A DNA stretch of 64,000 bases from Crenarchaeota archaeon 13_1_40CM_3_52_17 (GTDB taxonomy: Archaea > Thermoproteota > Bathyarchaeia > 40CM-2-53-6). Position numbers and translations under genes: made by a program. Positions 10,701-20,405 of the stretch are shown here, in pieces. The notes under the pieces are model-generated. The model did no database searches. It was not told the origin of the DNA and saw only the letters and a list, made by a program, of their open reading frames with translations. The DNA is taken from contig MNGN01000053.1 of NCBI GenBank assembly GCA_001918745.1, positions 2,435-66,434 on the forward strand, in the 5' to 3' direction. Within the stretch, counting starts at the first letter, position 1, and every line of letters begins with the position of its first letter.

Positions 10701-11279
10701 TCAGCCCTCCAGGAAGTTCTCGATGATCCTATGCCCCGGCACGGTGAGGATGGACTCTGGATGGAATTGGACGCCTTCAATAGGGAATTCTTTGTGGCGG
10801 ACGCCCATTATCTCATTGTCATCAATCGACTGTGCAGTCACTTCGAGGGTTTTCGGCAGGCTCTTTCTTTCCGCGACCAGCGAATGGTATCTAGTAGCAT
10901 CGAAGGGGCTCTTGATACCACGTAGAACTCCTTTGCCATCGTGCCTAATTGGGCTGACCTTGCCGTGGCGAAGTCTTCTTGCTCGAACTATTCTGCCTCC
11001 GAACGCGTGAACAATCCCTTGATGTCCAAGGCAGACGCCCAGTGTCGGGGTTTCGTTGCTCACTTCTTGGAGGATGGTTGTGCACGTCCCAAAGTACCGG
11101 GCATTGCCGGGTGTACCCGGGCCCGGGGAGATTACGATCCTGTCAGGTGAGAGTTCCTTGACCCCTTTGACATCAATCTCATCGTTTCTTTTCACGACAA
11201 CCTTGTCGGCGATCTCGCCCACGTATTGGGCCAGGTTGTAGACGAAGCTGTCGTAGTTGTCGAGGATCAGAACCTTCAA
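10701..11279 (-). CDS. trpG: Anthranilate synthase component II (glutamine amidotransferase)
   Basis: Class I GATase (LILDNYDSFVYNL, GVCLGHQ, FHPES). I place the start at TTG 11279, preceded by GGAGGA and overlapping the trpE stop (CATTGAAG). The tracked ATG at 11348 would add about 23 non-conserved residues inside trpE. Confidence 0.88.
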   Translation of the reverse strand: MKVLILDNYDSFVYNLAQYVGEIADKVVVKRNDEIDVKGVKELSPDRIVISPGPGTPGNARYFGTCTTILQEVSNETPTLGVCLGHQGIVHAFGGRIVRARRLRHGKVSPIRHDGKGVLRGIKSPFDATRYHSLVAERKSLPKTLEVTAQSIDDNEIMGVRHKEFPIEGVQFHPESILTVPGHRIIENFLEG

Positions 11280-12698
11280 TGGTATTCCTCCTGAGCCTGA
11301 TCTATTGCGGTGAACAATGCGGCCGTCTTTCTCTCCGACTCGATCCATTCCTGGTCAGGTACAGAGTCCGCGACTATTCCGGCACCGGACTGGAGATAGC
11401 AATAGCCGTCCTGGGCGCAAAGGGTTCTGATTGTTATGGCAAAATCAGCGCTTCCGTTACCAGAGAAGTAACCGACAGCTCCCGCGTAGGGACCTCTTGC
11501 TGTGGTTTCCAGTTCCTCAATGATTTCCATCGCCCGAACCTTAGGAGCTCCCGATACCGTTCCGGCGGGAAAGACCGCTCTGAACACGTCGAAACCTGTG
11601 ATGTTCTTTTTCAGTTGTCCAGTGATTCGGGAGACAATGTGTTGGACGTGACTGTAGCCTTGGACTCGCATGAACTCGGGAACCTTAACAGTCCCATACT
11701 CGCACACTCTACCAAGATCGTTCCGAGCCAGGTCCACGAGCATCACGTGTTCCGCTCGTTCCTTCTCGTCCTGAAGCAGCTCAGCTGCCAGCGCTTTGTT
11801 TCGGGCAGAGTCCCCAGTGAAGGGCCGCGTTCCCGCTATAGGAAAGCTCTCTATCTCACGACCCATCTTTCGGGCCAGCATCTCCGGGCTGGACCCGACT
11901 ATTTCCCTGTCGCCGAACTTGAGGTAGTACATGTATGGAGACGGATTGACTCTTCTCAGTGCCCGATAGAATCGCAGGAGAGAGCCCTTGAAAGGAATCT
12001 TGTACCTTTTCGAGAGAACTACCTGGAAGACATCACCTGATTCAATGTAATCCTTCGCACTTTCGACTCGGTCGCAGAAATCCTCCTGGCTAACGTTCGA
12101 CTTCGGCTTGCCAAAACTAATCTGATCGATGTCGACAGAATCGCTCAGCAGTTCTTTGGCTTTTTCAATCCTGTTTTCTTCTCGGTAAAAGTAGTGGGTT
12201 TTCCCACTGACATGGTCGAAGACGATCCCGTCCTCGAACAGTCCGAATTCAACATCAGGAAACTCGTTGTCCTTGGGTGCCGATCTGGGGATTCGTTCAA
12301 AGGAACGTACGAGATCGTAGGACGCGTAACCAACAAGACCACCGGCGTACCGTTCCCCTGGATTTCGTTCCTTGACTGGACTGTTGAAATTTGATAGGAG
12401 CGTTAGAGGGTCTTGGCACTTCTCGATTCGTCTTTCCGTTCTCTGCCGATCGAGGATCTCGGCTTGCTTCTTTGAAGTGCGGATGATCTTCCGCGGGTCG
12501 AAACCTAAGAACGTGTACCTTGTTAGGCGGCGCGGCCCCTCAACTGACTCGAGAATGAAGCAGGTGTCGAACGTGTTTCTGATTGTTGCGAAAACGTCGA
12601 TCGGTTGCTTTCTAGTTTCTAGAGGAAGATACTTCAGTCTTGTGGGGGGCTTTGTCAGTTGCTGTCCAAAGACTATACCCCATGGATGTCGCCTTCAT
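11276..12698 (-). CDS. trpE: Anthranilate synthase component I (N-terminal half missed by the ORF track; start unresolved, possible frameshift)
   Basis: Tracked ORF 11276..11932 is only the C-terminal half (GSSPEML..., GTVSGAPK). Hand translation shows the same frame open up to 12694, encoding LKYLPLETRKQPIDVF...CFILESVEG...GGLVGYASYDLVR...GDVFQVVLSKR...LRRVNPSPYMYYL. That stretch of about 254 codons has no ATG/GTG/TTG. ATGs at 12698 and 12683 lie in the adjacent frame and join at a G6 tract (12644-12649). Confidence 0.82.
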
Positions 12699-12719
12699 TC
12701 ACTTTCCCGTATGTCGCTT

Positions 12720-13805
12720 TTATAGCTTGCGTGTCCACTTTTGTACATTCGATGTAAGCCTCTTCTTCACGCCGCTTGTCTGCGTAGACCGAATTTCGGC
12801 AAGATTGCCTACAAGTTCAAGAAATTTCTGCCGGACATGGGGGACAAACGGGTTCAGCAGTTGGGTTCCAACAATCGTGTCCCAATTGCTTAGGAAACTG
12901 ACAATCCTGGATTCAGTCTCTCTGAGGGACTGGGTCCTCGGTTCTCCACCCATCCCATCGAGGCCTAGTCCAAGCGAGATCAATGCAAAGTGGTGGAGGC
13001 CTTGTACGTAGGCCATAGCACGGTCATGTTGGACCGCCGACATTGTAACGACTTTCGATCCGCCACCTTGGAATGCGCGCGCGAGCTTAGACCACTTCTG
13101 GCCAGGTCGGTAGGAGACGGCGATGATTGTTTGACCGTGAAGATGATCTGTGCCGGGTCCAAAGAGAGGATGCAAACTCATGTACTCAACACCCTTCGGT
13201 ATCTTTTCCGCAACCCGGTCCGATATTCCCGTCTTGACCGAGGAGAGGTCAGTAAGGAGGCTGCCGGTTGTCATAAGCGACCCTGTCTCGGTTGCGACCC
13301 GGACCGTTTCCCCCGTCGGCACTGAGAGGATTACGATGTCTGAGGAGGCAGCGTCGAGGATTGTTCCCGGTTCGACCTCCATCTCTTTCGCTGCTGTCCG
13401 AGTCTTGTTGATCTCTCGGCCTGCTAGCTTGACTTTCGCTCCTTGAAGGCTGGCGAATCTTGCAAAGAAGCGTCCCATTCCTCCTGTTCCGCCCACGATT
13501 AGGATTCTCACCTGGTCAAGTCTTTTCGCGGATTTTTCCGGGCGGTCTTGCTGGGCCTGGACGCTGAGTGCTAATATTTGCTCGAATATTGGCCGGATGA
13601 GCTTCGGGTCTAGGTCCAATGATGTGGCGGCGCGTTCGATCCTGCTGAGAATGATTTTCTCTCGCTCAGGGTCGCGATAGTCAAGGCCTCTCTGACTTTT
13701 GATCCTGCCAAGGGCCTTTGCATTTTCGTGTCTGTTCTTGAGAAGCCGAACTATCTCTTGGTCCAGCTCGTCTATCCTGTCTCGAATTCTAGCAACTTCG
13801 TCCAT
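12720..13805 (-). CDS. tyrA: Bifunctional chorismate mutase (AroQ) / prephenate dehydrogenase
   Basis: 361 aa. N-terminal AroQ-type CM helix bundle (IRDRIDELDQEIVRLLKNR...DPEREKIIL) fused to a Rossmann PDH (ILIVGGTGGMGRFFA ... HPLFGP). Confidence 0.85.
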   Translation of the reverse strand: MDEVARIRDRIDELDQEIVRLLKNRHENAKALGRIKSQRGLDYRDPEREKIILSRIERAATSLDLDPKLIRPIFEQILALSVQAQQDRPEKSAKRLDQVRILIVGGTGGMGRFFARFASLQGAKVKLAGREINKTRTAAKEMEVEPGTILDAASSDIVILSVPTGETVRVATETGSLMTTGSLLTDLSSVKTGISDRVAEKIPKGVEYMSLHPLFGPGTDHLHGQTIIAVSYRPGQKWSKLARAFQGGGSKVVTMSAVQHDRAMAYVQGLHHFALISLGLGLDGMGGEPRTQSLRETESRIVSFLSNWDTIVGTQLLNPFVPHVRQKFLELVGNLAEIRSTQTSGVKKRLTSNVQKWTRKL

Positions 13806-13811
13806 TGACAG

Positions 13812-14912
13812 TTAGCTCTTCAAGATCCGAGGAATCATTCCGCCACGGATCATCAAATCCGCCAGCCCTATTGCCACCATTCCCTGGACTACGGGGACGG
13901 CTTTGGGAACCACGCACGGATCGTGTCGTCCTTTGACTTCGAGCTTAGCCTCTTCCATTTGGGATACGTTCACGGTCCTTTGCTCCTTCGCGATCGAGGA
14001 TGGCGGCTTGAAGGCGACTCTGAGAAGCAGAGGCATCCCCGTCGACATTCCCCCTAGCACTCCTCCGGAATTGTTAGACAGGGTGACGACCTTGCCTTCT
14101 TTGATCACATACTGGTCGTTATTTTCCGATCCCTTAAGGCGGGTTGCTTGGAATCCGGCTCCGAATTCAACTCCCTTGACTGCAGGGATTCCGAAGAGTA
14201 TCTTGGCGAGTTCAGAATCGATGGCATCGAAGAGTGGCTCACCCACCCCTACTGGAAGGCTTAGCGCCGTACACTCAACGACCCCGCCGATACTATCTCC
14301 ATCAGACTTCGCGCTTATCACTGCCTGATGCATCTTGTCAGCCAGAACCGAGTCTGGGCACCTCATCGAATTCTCGTACGTGACCTTCTTGACAGCTTCA
14401 ATGCTAGGAGGATTCTCCAATCGAACTCCATCGATAGCCTGGGTATACGCGAGGACTTCCACTCCAAATGTAGAGAGAAGTTTCTGAGCAATTGCTCCCG
14501 CAGCTACAAACGCTGCTGTCATTCTTCCTGAGAGTCTTCCTCCTCCGCGGTAGTCGCTGAAACCACCGTACTTCACTTTAGCCGGATAATCCGCGTGTCC
14601 CGGCCGAACCATGTCCTTCAGCGAGTCATAATCCGAGGATTTCACGTCCTTGTTTCGGATGTGCAAAGTCACAGGGGCCCCCGTCGTATGGTCTTGGAAT
14701 ACCCCCGAGAACAATTCTACAATATCCGGTTCTCGTCGCGCAGAGACAACCTCTTTCTCCTGTGGGATCCTCGTGTCCAGCGCTCGCTGAATATCGTCGA
14801 CCATCAATGATAATCCGGCCGGGCAGCCGTCTACTGTGACACCTACAACCGGTCCGTGGCTTTCTCCAAAGCAGGTAACAACGAACGCTTTCCCGATCGA
14901 ATTACTCCACAC
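13812..14912 (-). CDS. aroC: Chorismate synthase
   Basis: FGESHG, RPGHADY and GGGRLSGRMTA motifs. I prefer the GTG start at 14912 (WSNSIGKAFVVTCFGESHG), which overlaps the aroA stop by 11 nt. The tracked start at 14969 would overlap aroA by 68 nt. Confidence 0.88.
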   Translation of the reverse strand: MWSNSIGKAFVVTCFGESHGPVVGVTVDGCPAGLSLMVDDIQRALDTRIPQEKEVVSARREPDIVELFSGVFQDHTTGAPVTLHIRNKDVKSSDYDSLKDMVRPGHADYPAKVKYGGFSDYRGGGRLSGRMTAAFVAAGAIAQKLLSTFGVEVLAYTQAIDGVRLENPPSIEAVKKVTYENSMRCPDSVLADKMHQAVISAKSDGDSIGGVVECTALSLPVGVGEPLFDAIDSELAKILFGIPAVKGVEFGAGFQATRLKGSENNDQYVIKEGKVVTLSNNSGGVLGGMSTGMPLLLRVAFKPPSSIAKEQRTVNVSQMEEAKLEVKGRHDPCVVPKAVPVVQGMVAIGLADLMIRGGMIPRILKS

Positions 14913-16176
14913 TGAGTTGTACCCCCAATCTTGTGAGGTCTTGGAAGAATTCCGGGTAGGATTTTGCAACCGTTTCCGAGTTGCGTATTACCGACTCTCC
15001 CCTTGCGCCAAGAGAAGCGACTGAGCACGCCATCGCAACTCTATGGTCACCCTGTGAATCGAACGTGGCCCCGGTCAATTCTCTTTTTCCATCAATCCTG
15101 ATCAAATCGTCTTCGACATGAATCTTGGCACCCATCTTCGCCAGCTCGGTTGGGAGGGTTTGTGACCGGTTTGATTCTTTGTAGATGAGCCTCTTTACCC
15201 CTCGGATTTCTGATGAGCCATCCGCGAAGCATCCAATCGTTTCAAGGGGAGGAACAAGATCCGGGTTGTTACTCGCGTCGAATTCGAATCCGTCTATCTC
15301 TCTTTTCCCGATTGTTAGAGAATCCCCGTCCTGCTGGATTTCAAGACCGATTTCAGGTGCTATTTTCAGGATCGCAGAGTCGGGCTCAAACTCGTAGGGA
15401 CTGAGACCAGAGATCGTGATTTCGTCTCCGGCAGTTCCGGTCGCGGCGATAAGGAAGGCTGCGGACGAAAAGTCTCCTGGAACCTTATGAGACGCGGGGA
15501 CGAACTTTTGAGGTGCCGGAACTCTGAAATTCCCATCAGACTCTTCGATCGAGATTCCATGTTTTTTCAACACATCAATCGACATGTCAACATAGGGGCG
15601 CGACTCTAATGCGCCTTCCACGTTGATCGTGACATCTCTTAACGCCAACGGGGCTGCGAAGAGGAGTCCTGAGATGAACTGGGAGCTGATGTCGCCTGGA
15701 ACCGTGACTTCTCCACCTCGAAGAGGCCCCCTAACCAGGACCTCGAGTCCGTACGCGTCGGAAATCGCGTGGGCCGAGGCACCGAGAGCGTTGACAGCCT
15801 TCACAAGTGGATCCAATGGTCTCTTGGCAAGTCTCCGGCTCCCTCTTAGTCTAACGGTCTTTAGGGAAGTAGACGAAATGGCGGTGAGGAACCTGAGGGT
15901 GGCTCCCGACTCATTACAGTCGATCGGCCTGTTGGATGTTGTCGGTTTCCTGACACCACTGGAGATCGTTCGAGTTTTCTTAACAACCACTTTCGCTCCC
16001 AGCCTCTGGATCCCCTCGAGTGTTCGCTGGGTATCGTCGCAATGCAATGGTCCTTCAATCACCGATTTCCCGGGCGACAGCAGGGAGGCAAGGAGTGCTC
16101 TGTGAGTGTAAGCCTTCGAGCCGGGAGCGTTCACTTTTCCACGTAGTGCCTGTGGGCCTTTGATCCTGACTCTCAA
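14902..16176 (-). CDS. aroA: 3-phosphoshikimate 1-carboxyvinyltransferase (EPSP synthase)
   Basis: 424 aa with PGSKAYTHRALL, LRGSRRLAKRPL and a typical C-terminal region. Confidence 0.95.
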   Translation of the reverse strand: MRVRIKGPQALRGKVNAPGSKAYTHRALLASLLSPGKSVIEGPLHCDDTQRTLEGIQRLGAKVVVKKTRTISSGVRKPTTSNRPIDCNESGATLRFLTAISSTSLKTVRLRGSRRLAKRPLDPLVKAVNALGASAHAISDAYGLEVLVRGPLRGGEVTVPGDISSQFISGLLFAAPLALRDVTINVEGALESRPYVDMSIDVLKKHGISIEESDGNFRVPAPQKFVPASHKVPGDFSSAAFLIAATGTAGDEITISGLSPYEFEPDSAILKIAPEIGLEIQQDGDSLTIGKREIDGFEFDASNNPDLVPPLETIGCFADGSSEIRGVKRLIYKESNRSQTLPTELAKMGAKIHVEDDLIRIDGKRELTGATFDSQGDHRVAMACSVASLGARGESVIRNSETVAKSYPEFFQDLTRLGVQLSVE

Positions 16177-17051
16177 GTCTCGATCAGTGCCTTCGTGAAG
16201 TTTGGATTTGCTTCGATTATTTGTCCGTCGAATTTCTCGAATACCTGTCGCACGGGTTTCAAGCTATTCTCATCGACAATTGCCGTGACAGCGGGTCCCT
16301 TGCCTGACAGTCCGGCTCCTAGTGCACCTGCTTCGATCGCTGAGAGAGCTGGACGAGGGTCTTCTCCGAGGATGGATGAGACCGCGAGGCCGTTGAGCGT
16401 AATCGCATCCCAGAGATGGCCATTGCCAGCTTCGCTGTACGCGAGTTCTGAAATTCGCCTGATGGGAGCAAATCTTGTCCTGTCTAGCTGCCCAGTTCGA
16501 GTTTTTCGTGGTGGAACAAGTATGAGGATTCTGATGTCTCGTGGGACCTTGAGAATTTTTTCGGCCTTCCTCCGATCGTTATCGGTCAGAACTGCGCCGC
16601 CGTGATAGGACGCGAATGAATCGTCGTAGGCGCCGGTGAGACTTACCCCGGATTCGATGGAGGCCTCTATGCCTATCTGAACCAACGCTTCATCATCCTG
16701 CTCCTCACCTAGGGCGGATATGGTGGCTAAGGCTGCTGCGTTGGCTGCGGCGCTGCTGCTCTTGAGCCCTACAGCTGTCGGGATATTCGAGGAAGTGATC
16801 ACTTCCCCGTGGAGCTTACGCTCATACCCATAATGTTCGAGTGTCTTCTTGACGACCGTGACTATGAGATTGTTGGATTCCTGTGGATCAGAGGAAATTA
16901 ACCCGGAAATCTGGCCAGGTCCTTCTCGTAGGGTGGCCTTCGCTCTGGTCCAGAGGTCTACTCCTAGAGCGCCTCCCTTGCCTGTTGGAAATGCGTTTAG
17001 AATGCTGATGGCTCCGTGGGAAAGAGCCTGTCCGGTCCCCTTCATTTCCAA
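16173..17051 (-). CDS. aroK: Archaeal GHMP-type shikimate kinase
   Basis: 292 aa. GHMP kinase motif (GLKSSSAAANAAALA) and an N-terminus like the MJ1440 family (AISILNAFPTGKGGALGVDL). Position between aroE and aroA. Confidence 0.85.
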   Translation of the reverse strand: MEMKGTGQALSHGAISILNAFPTGKGGALGVDLWTRAKATLREGPGQISGLISSDPQESNNLIVTVVKKTLEHYGYERKLHGEVITSSNIPTAVGLKSSSAAANAAALATISALGEEQDDEALVQIGIEASIESGVSLTGAYDDSFASYHGGAVLTDNDRRKAEKILKVPRDIRILILVPPRKTRTGQLDRTRFAPIRRISELAYSEAGNGHLWDAITLNGLAVSSILGEDPRPALSAIEAGALGAGLSGKGPAVTAIVDENSLKPVRQVFEKFDGQIIEANPNFTKALIET

Positions 17052-17875
17052 TCTTTCCCTAGATAATCCACAAGGGAGGAGCGCATGAGAGCGAAGGGAC
17101 CGGTCTCGTTTAGCCAGATCTCGTAGGACAAGGCTGCCTGGTGCACTAGCATCTCCAGCGGACTTATTGTTCGACGTCCTATGGGCTCGGCGGGCATGTC
17201 GTATGCGAGGTCGAAGACCCAGCCTGTATCTTTCACTCTGTTGACTGGTATTCTGAGTTGGGACATGAGAGTCGAGGTCTGAATCGGAGTCGCGTTGACG
17301 AGAAGGTCCGCATCCTCTATGCCGATCTCTAGGCTATTCTTGGTTAGTTCTCCATACGAGGTTTTGCCAGGCCCGGTTGCCTTGTCCGCTATTTGTCGAG
17401 CCTTATCCAGGGTCCTGTTAAGAATGCTGACAGTATTGTTGTCGGCGGAAAGGCGATGGACTAGGGCTTGCGCTGCTCCTCCTGCCCCGAGCACTAGTAT
17501 CCGCTTGTTGTTAGGTTCAAGGCCGTAGGATCTAAGAGCTCTGATCGCCCCCTCTCCATCGGTATTGTATCCTGCGAGTCCACTCTTGGTGGTGGCAACC
17601 GTGTTGACTGATCCGATCTTCTCCGCCGTCTTGTCAAGCCGATCCAGCATTTCAATTATGCCGGTCTTGTGGGGCATTGTGACGTTGAAGCCGTCAAACC
17701 CTAGCGTGCGGGCTGCCTCTACCGCTTGTTTCAGGTTGTCTCTGCTGACTTCGAAGGGTAAGTAAGCCCTGTTCAGGGATAGTTTCTGGAAGGTCGTGTT
17801 GAAGATAACAGGGCTGAGGCTGTGGGCCACCGGGGATCCGTAGAGAGAGTGGACTCTGGTGTCGCCTTTGATCAT
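17042..17875 (-). CDS. aroE: Shikimate 5-dehydrogenase
   Basis: 277 aa with SLSPVIFN, NVTMPHK, NTDGEG and GAGGAA motifs. Confidence 0.9.
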   Translation of the reverse strand: MIKGDTRVHSLYGSPVAHSLSPVIFNTTFQKLSLNRAYLPFEVSRDNLKQAVEAARTLGFDGFNVTMPHKTGIIEMLDRLDKTAEKIGSVNTVATTKSGLAGYNTDGEGAIRALRSYGLEPNNKRILVLGAGGAAQALVHRLSADNNTVSILNRTLDKARQIADKATGPGKTSYGELTKNSLEIGIEDADLLVNATPIQTSTLMSQLRIPVNRVKDTGWVFDLAYDMPAEPIGRRTISPLEMLVHQAALSYEIWLNETGPFALMRSSLVDYLGKDWK

Positions 17876-17881
17876 GAACTG

Positions 17882-18565
17882 TCACTCGACGCCTAGCATC
17901 TCGTAGATTCTGCGGAGTTCGGCGATGGTCGATTGTCCAGGGGCGGTTTCCAGTCCTCGCTCTAGTGACGCGTAGGTGAAGTGGGCTCCGTAGAATGGTG
18001 CGAGTAGTCTTGACCAGACTCCTGCCTGTCCCATTGCGAAACTGACGAGTGGTGAGTTCTGATGGTTTGCTTTCAATAAGCTGAGCACGTTGAGATTGTC
18101 TTCTGGAGTCTGAGCGGTTGTGACGATCTTGCAGACGTCCGGTTTGAACTTCTGGAGTTGCACGAGTGTTGAGGCGAGTTTCGCCGGATCGGGGGTTCTG
18201 AAGTGGTCGTGGTGAGATAGGATGATCTTGGCACCTTTCTCTCGAAAAGTCTTGATGACGTGGTCGAGCTTGGCTGTCGTGAGTTCCAGGTCCACGTACT
18301 GGAATCCGCCCTCCACTGCTTCCATCAATATTTTCAGTCGTTCAGCCTCGGACCTGTCGAAGGATCCTTTCTCGGACAGGGGACGGTTCGTCCCGATGAT
18401 CGGCCGTTCTACCGCGCGGGCAATCTTTGTGAGTCCGTGGTAACTGCGTAACCTGTCCAAACGAACCTCCACCAGATCGGCTGAGAGTCTCTCGGCTCTC
18501 TGCGCTCTTCCCAATAGTTCGGGGGTGTCGGTTGAGGAGATTGAGACGCAGACTTTGGGGTTCAC
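17882..18565 (-). CDS. aroD: 3-dehydroquinate dehydratase, type I
   Basis: 227 aa with a type I DHQase layout (DLVEVRLD, ILSHHDF-like ILSHHDHF, CKIVTTA). Confidence 0.9.
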   Translation of the reverse strand: MNPKVCVSISSTDTPELLGRAQRAERLSADLVEVRLDRLRSYHGLTKIARAVERPIIGTNRPLSEKGSFDRSEAERLKILMEAVEGGFQYVDLELTTAKLDHVIKTFREKGAKIILSHHDHFRTPDPAKLASTLVQLQKFKPDVCKIVTTAQTPEDNLNVLSLLKANHQNSPLVSFAMGQAGVWSRLLAPFYGAHFTYASLERGLETAPGQSTIAELRRIYEMLGVE

Positions 18566-19617
18566 CTTTCGATGACCATCTCGTCAGCTACTTTTGTCCC
18601 AAAGTGTCGTCCGCCCTCTTCGGATCGGACTAATACCTCGTCGCCAGGTTTGATTTCTGAAACCGGTTTCGACCCGTCTCTTGTGACCAGCCGGACAGTT
18701 TCCGCATTCTGAACTATCGTGGTTATCTTTCGGTTTCCGATGCTCGCCTCGACGAGGATCATTGGTCGACGCTCGATCTTGATTCTCGCGACATCAACAC
18801 TCCTAGTTCGCCCTACCCTGTCAATCAAGAGAACGGTTTCGCCAGATGATAACTCGGAGAGATACCGGGTTTTTCCATTTGCTGAAAGAACGTATGATGA
18901 AACGGGGCCGGCGTTCACTCTGAAGGGTCGCGAGTTGACGTGAGCGTTGGGATGCACCTCGCCCTCCACGAGGAAGAGTGCCTGCGAGGAGGAACCGGTC
19001 AATAGTCCTTCACCAGGTTCGAGGATCTCAGTCGTGTCTACGCAGACTCTAGCCCCTGTTCCGATAGGCTTGACGCTTGAGATCTTGGCTGTTGAGAGCG
19101 AGACGTTTTCTGATTCTCCAAGTATCAAGTCTCGGGTCTTGAGAATCTCACTGGTGTCATCGGAGGTAAGCGCTATTCCGTCCGCTCCCAGCTCCAAGGT
19201 TGAGAGAGCCGCCCTACTTTCGTCAAAGCTTGTGGTTCTGGCGAGAAGCTTTGAGCGTCCTTTCGTTTCCGCGATCAGATTCTCTAGGGGTATGATTTTC
19301 CAGTTGGGACAGTCTATCAGGAGATAGTCAGGATTCAGTTCCAGCGCGTGTGATATCTTCTCCAGATCCTCTTGATCGCCGATCGTAACTTCGAGTGCCA
19401 CCGGCGTCTTGGTTCTCTTTGCGCTTGACAAGAGGTCAAAATTTGAGGTGACGAGGATGTCGGTTCCTTCAAGCCTCGAAGCAACTTTTGAGCTGACTCT
19501 GGGAAGCTTGACGTCGGTGAGGACGGTGTGCGGTTTGGCTTCGTCGACCATCTTGCAGATGGTTTTGGCGGATAGGTCAGCGTTAGGCTCTAGCCAGAAT
19601 TCTTTCAGTTCGCTCAC
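18562..19617 (-). CDS. aroB': 3-dehydroquinate synthase II (archaeal AroB')
   Basis: 351 aa of the MJ1249 family type (KEFWLE..., NWKIIPLENLIAE, VHPNAHVNSRPFRVNAGPV). Follows the ADH synthase gene. Confidence 0.88.
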   Translation of the reverse strand: MSELKEFWLEPNADLSAKTICKMVDEAKPHTVLTDVKLPRVSSKVASRLEGTDILVTSNFDLLSSAKRTKTPVALEVTIGDQEDLEKISHALELNPDYLLIDCPNWKIIPLENLIAETKGRSKLLARTTSFDESRAALSTLELGADGIALTSDDTSEILKTRDLILGESENVSLSTAKISSVKPIGTGARVCVDTTEILEPGEGLLTGSSSQALFLVEGEVHPNAHVNSRPFRVNAGPVSSYVLSANGKTRYLSELSSGETVLLIDRVGRTRSVDVARIKIERRPMILVEASIGNRKITTIVQNAETVRLVTRDGSKPVSEIKPGDEVLVRSEEGGRHFGTKVADEMVIER

Positions 19618-20395
19618 CGAGGATTGATAGTGCTTGGGTGGGATTGGTGCCGTTGTGGACTATCTCGATGAGTGCTCTTGTCATCAAGGTCGGTTTGTTG
19701 TGCTGGAACACGTTTCGCCCAATCGATACTCCCGCAGCTCCTGCCTTCATCGAGTCTGAGACAAGCTGGAGAGCTTCATAGTCGCTGCCAGCTTTGGGCC
19801 CGCCGGCCACGACTATCGGTGCTTTGACGCTCTTGATGACGTTTCGGAAGCTTTCAACGTCTCCTGTGTAGTTCGTTTTGACGATGTCTGCTCCTAACTC
19901 GTAGCCGAGTCGGGCTGCGTGGCTTACGACCTCGTAGGCGTGTTCGTTTTGTATTCCTGGTCCTCTCGGGTACATCATCGCGAGGACCGGTAGGCCAAGG
20001 TCGTCGCTCTCATCCAGTATTCGTGAGAACTGATCCAGCATGTCTTGTTCGTGTTCCGATCCTACGTTGATGTGAACGGACACCGCGTCCGCTCCGAGAC
20101 GGAGGGCTAGTTTGACACTGGATAGTTGCGTTTTCCAGTTAGGCTCTCGGGTTAGTCTGGTGGCGCCGGAGAGGTGGAGTATTAGACCCATTCCCTGGTT
20201 GTCAACTGTCTTGGCGATGCCGGCATGGACGAGCACGGCATCCGCTCCGCCCTTGGCTACGTTATCTATGGTCGTCTCCATATCAGTGAGTCCTTCGATT
20301 GGTCCAACGGCCACACCGTGGTCCATCGGAACGATCACGGTCTTACCATCATGTCGGAGTATTCGTCTTAGTCTACGAGTCTTTCCTGTTTCCAT
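19583..20395 (-). CDS. aroA': 2-amino-3,7-dideoxy-D-threo-hept-6-ulosonate (ADH) synthase, DhnA/class I aldolase family (AroA')
   Basis: 270 aa DhnA-type aldolase (DGKTVIVPMDHGVAVGP, VKTNYTG). Assigned to AroA' rather than FBP aldolase because it lies directly upstream of aroB'. Confidence 0.8.
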   Translation of the reverse strand: METGKTRRLRRILRHDGKTVIVPMDHGVAVGPIEGLTDMETTIDNVAKGGADAVLVHAGIAKTVDNQGMGLILHLSGATRLTREPNWKTQLSSVKLALRLGADAVSVHINVGSEHEQDMLDQFSRILDESDDLGLPVLAMMYPRGPGIQNEHAYEVVSHAARLGYELGADIVKTNYTGDVESFRNVIKSVKAPIVVAGGPKAGSDYEALQLVSDSMKAGAAGVSIGRNVFQHNKPTLMTRALIEIVHNGTNPTQALSILGERTERILARA

Positions 20396-20405
20396 TTTTC
20401 TTCGA

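Noticed and set aside
10701-11348. Tracked longest-ORF starts for trpG (11348), aroC (14969), AMMECR1 (56510), pyrC (58329) and the 157 aa ORF (61030)
   Set aside because: Each adds non-conserved residues and a long overlap with the upstream gene. Shorter starts (11279, 14912, 56402, 58239, 60979) give typical lengths and short overlaps or none; three of them (11279, 14912, 56402) sit at classic stop/start overlaps.
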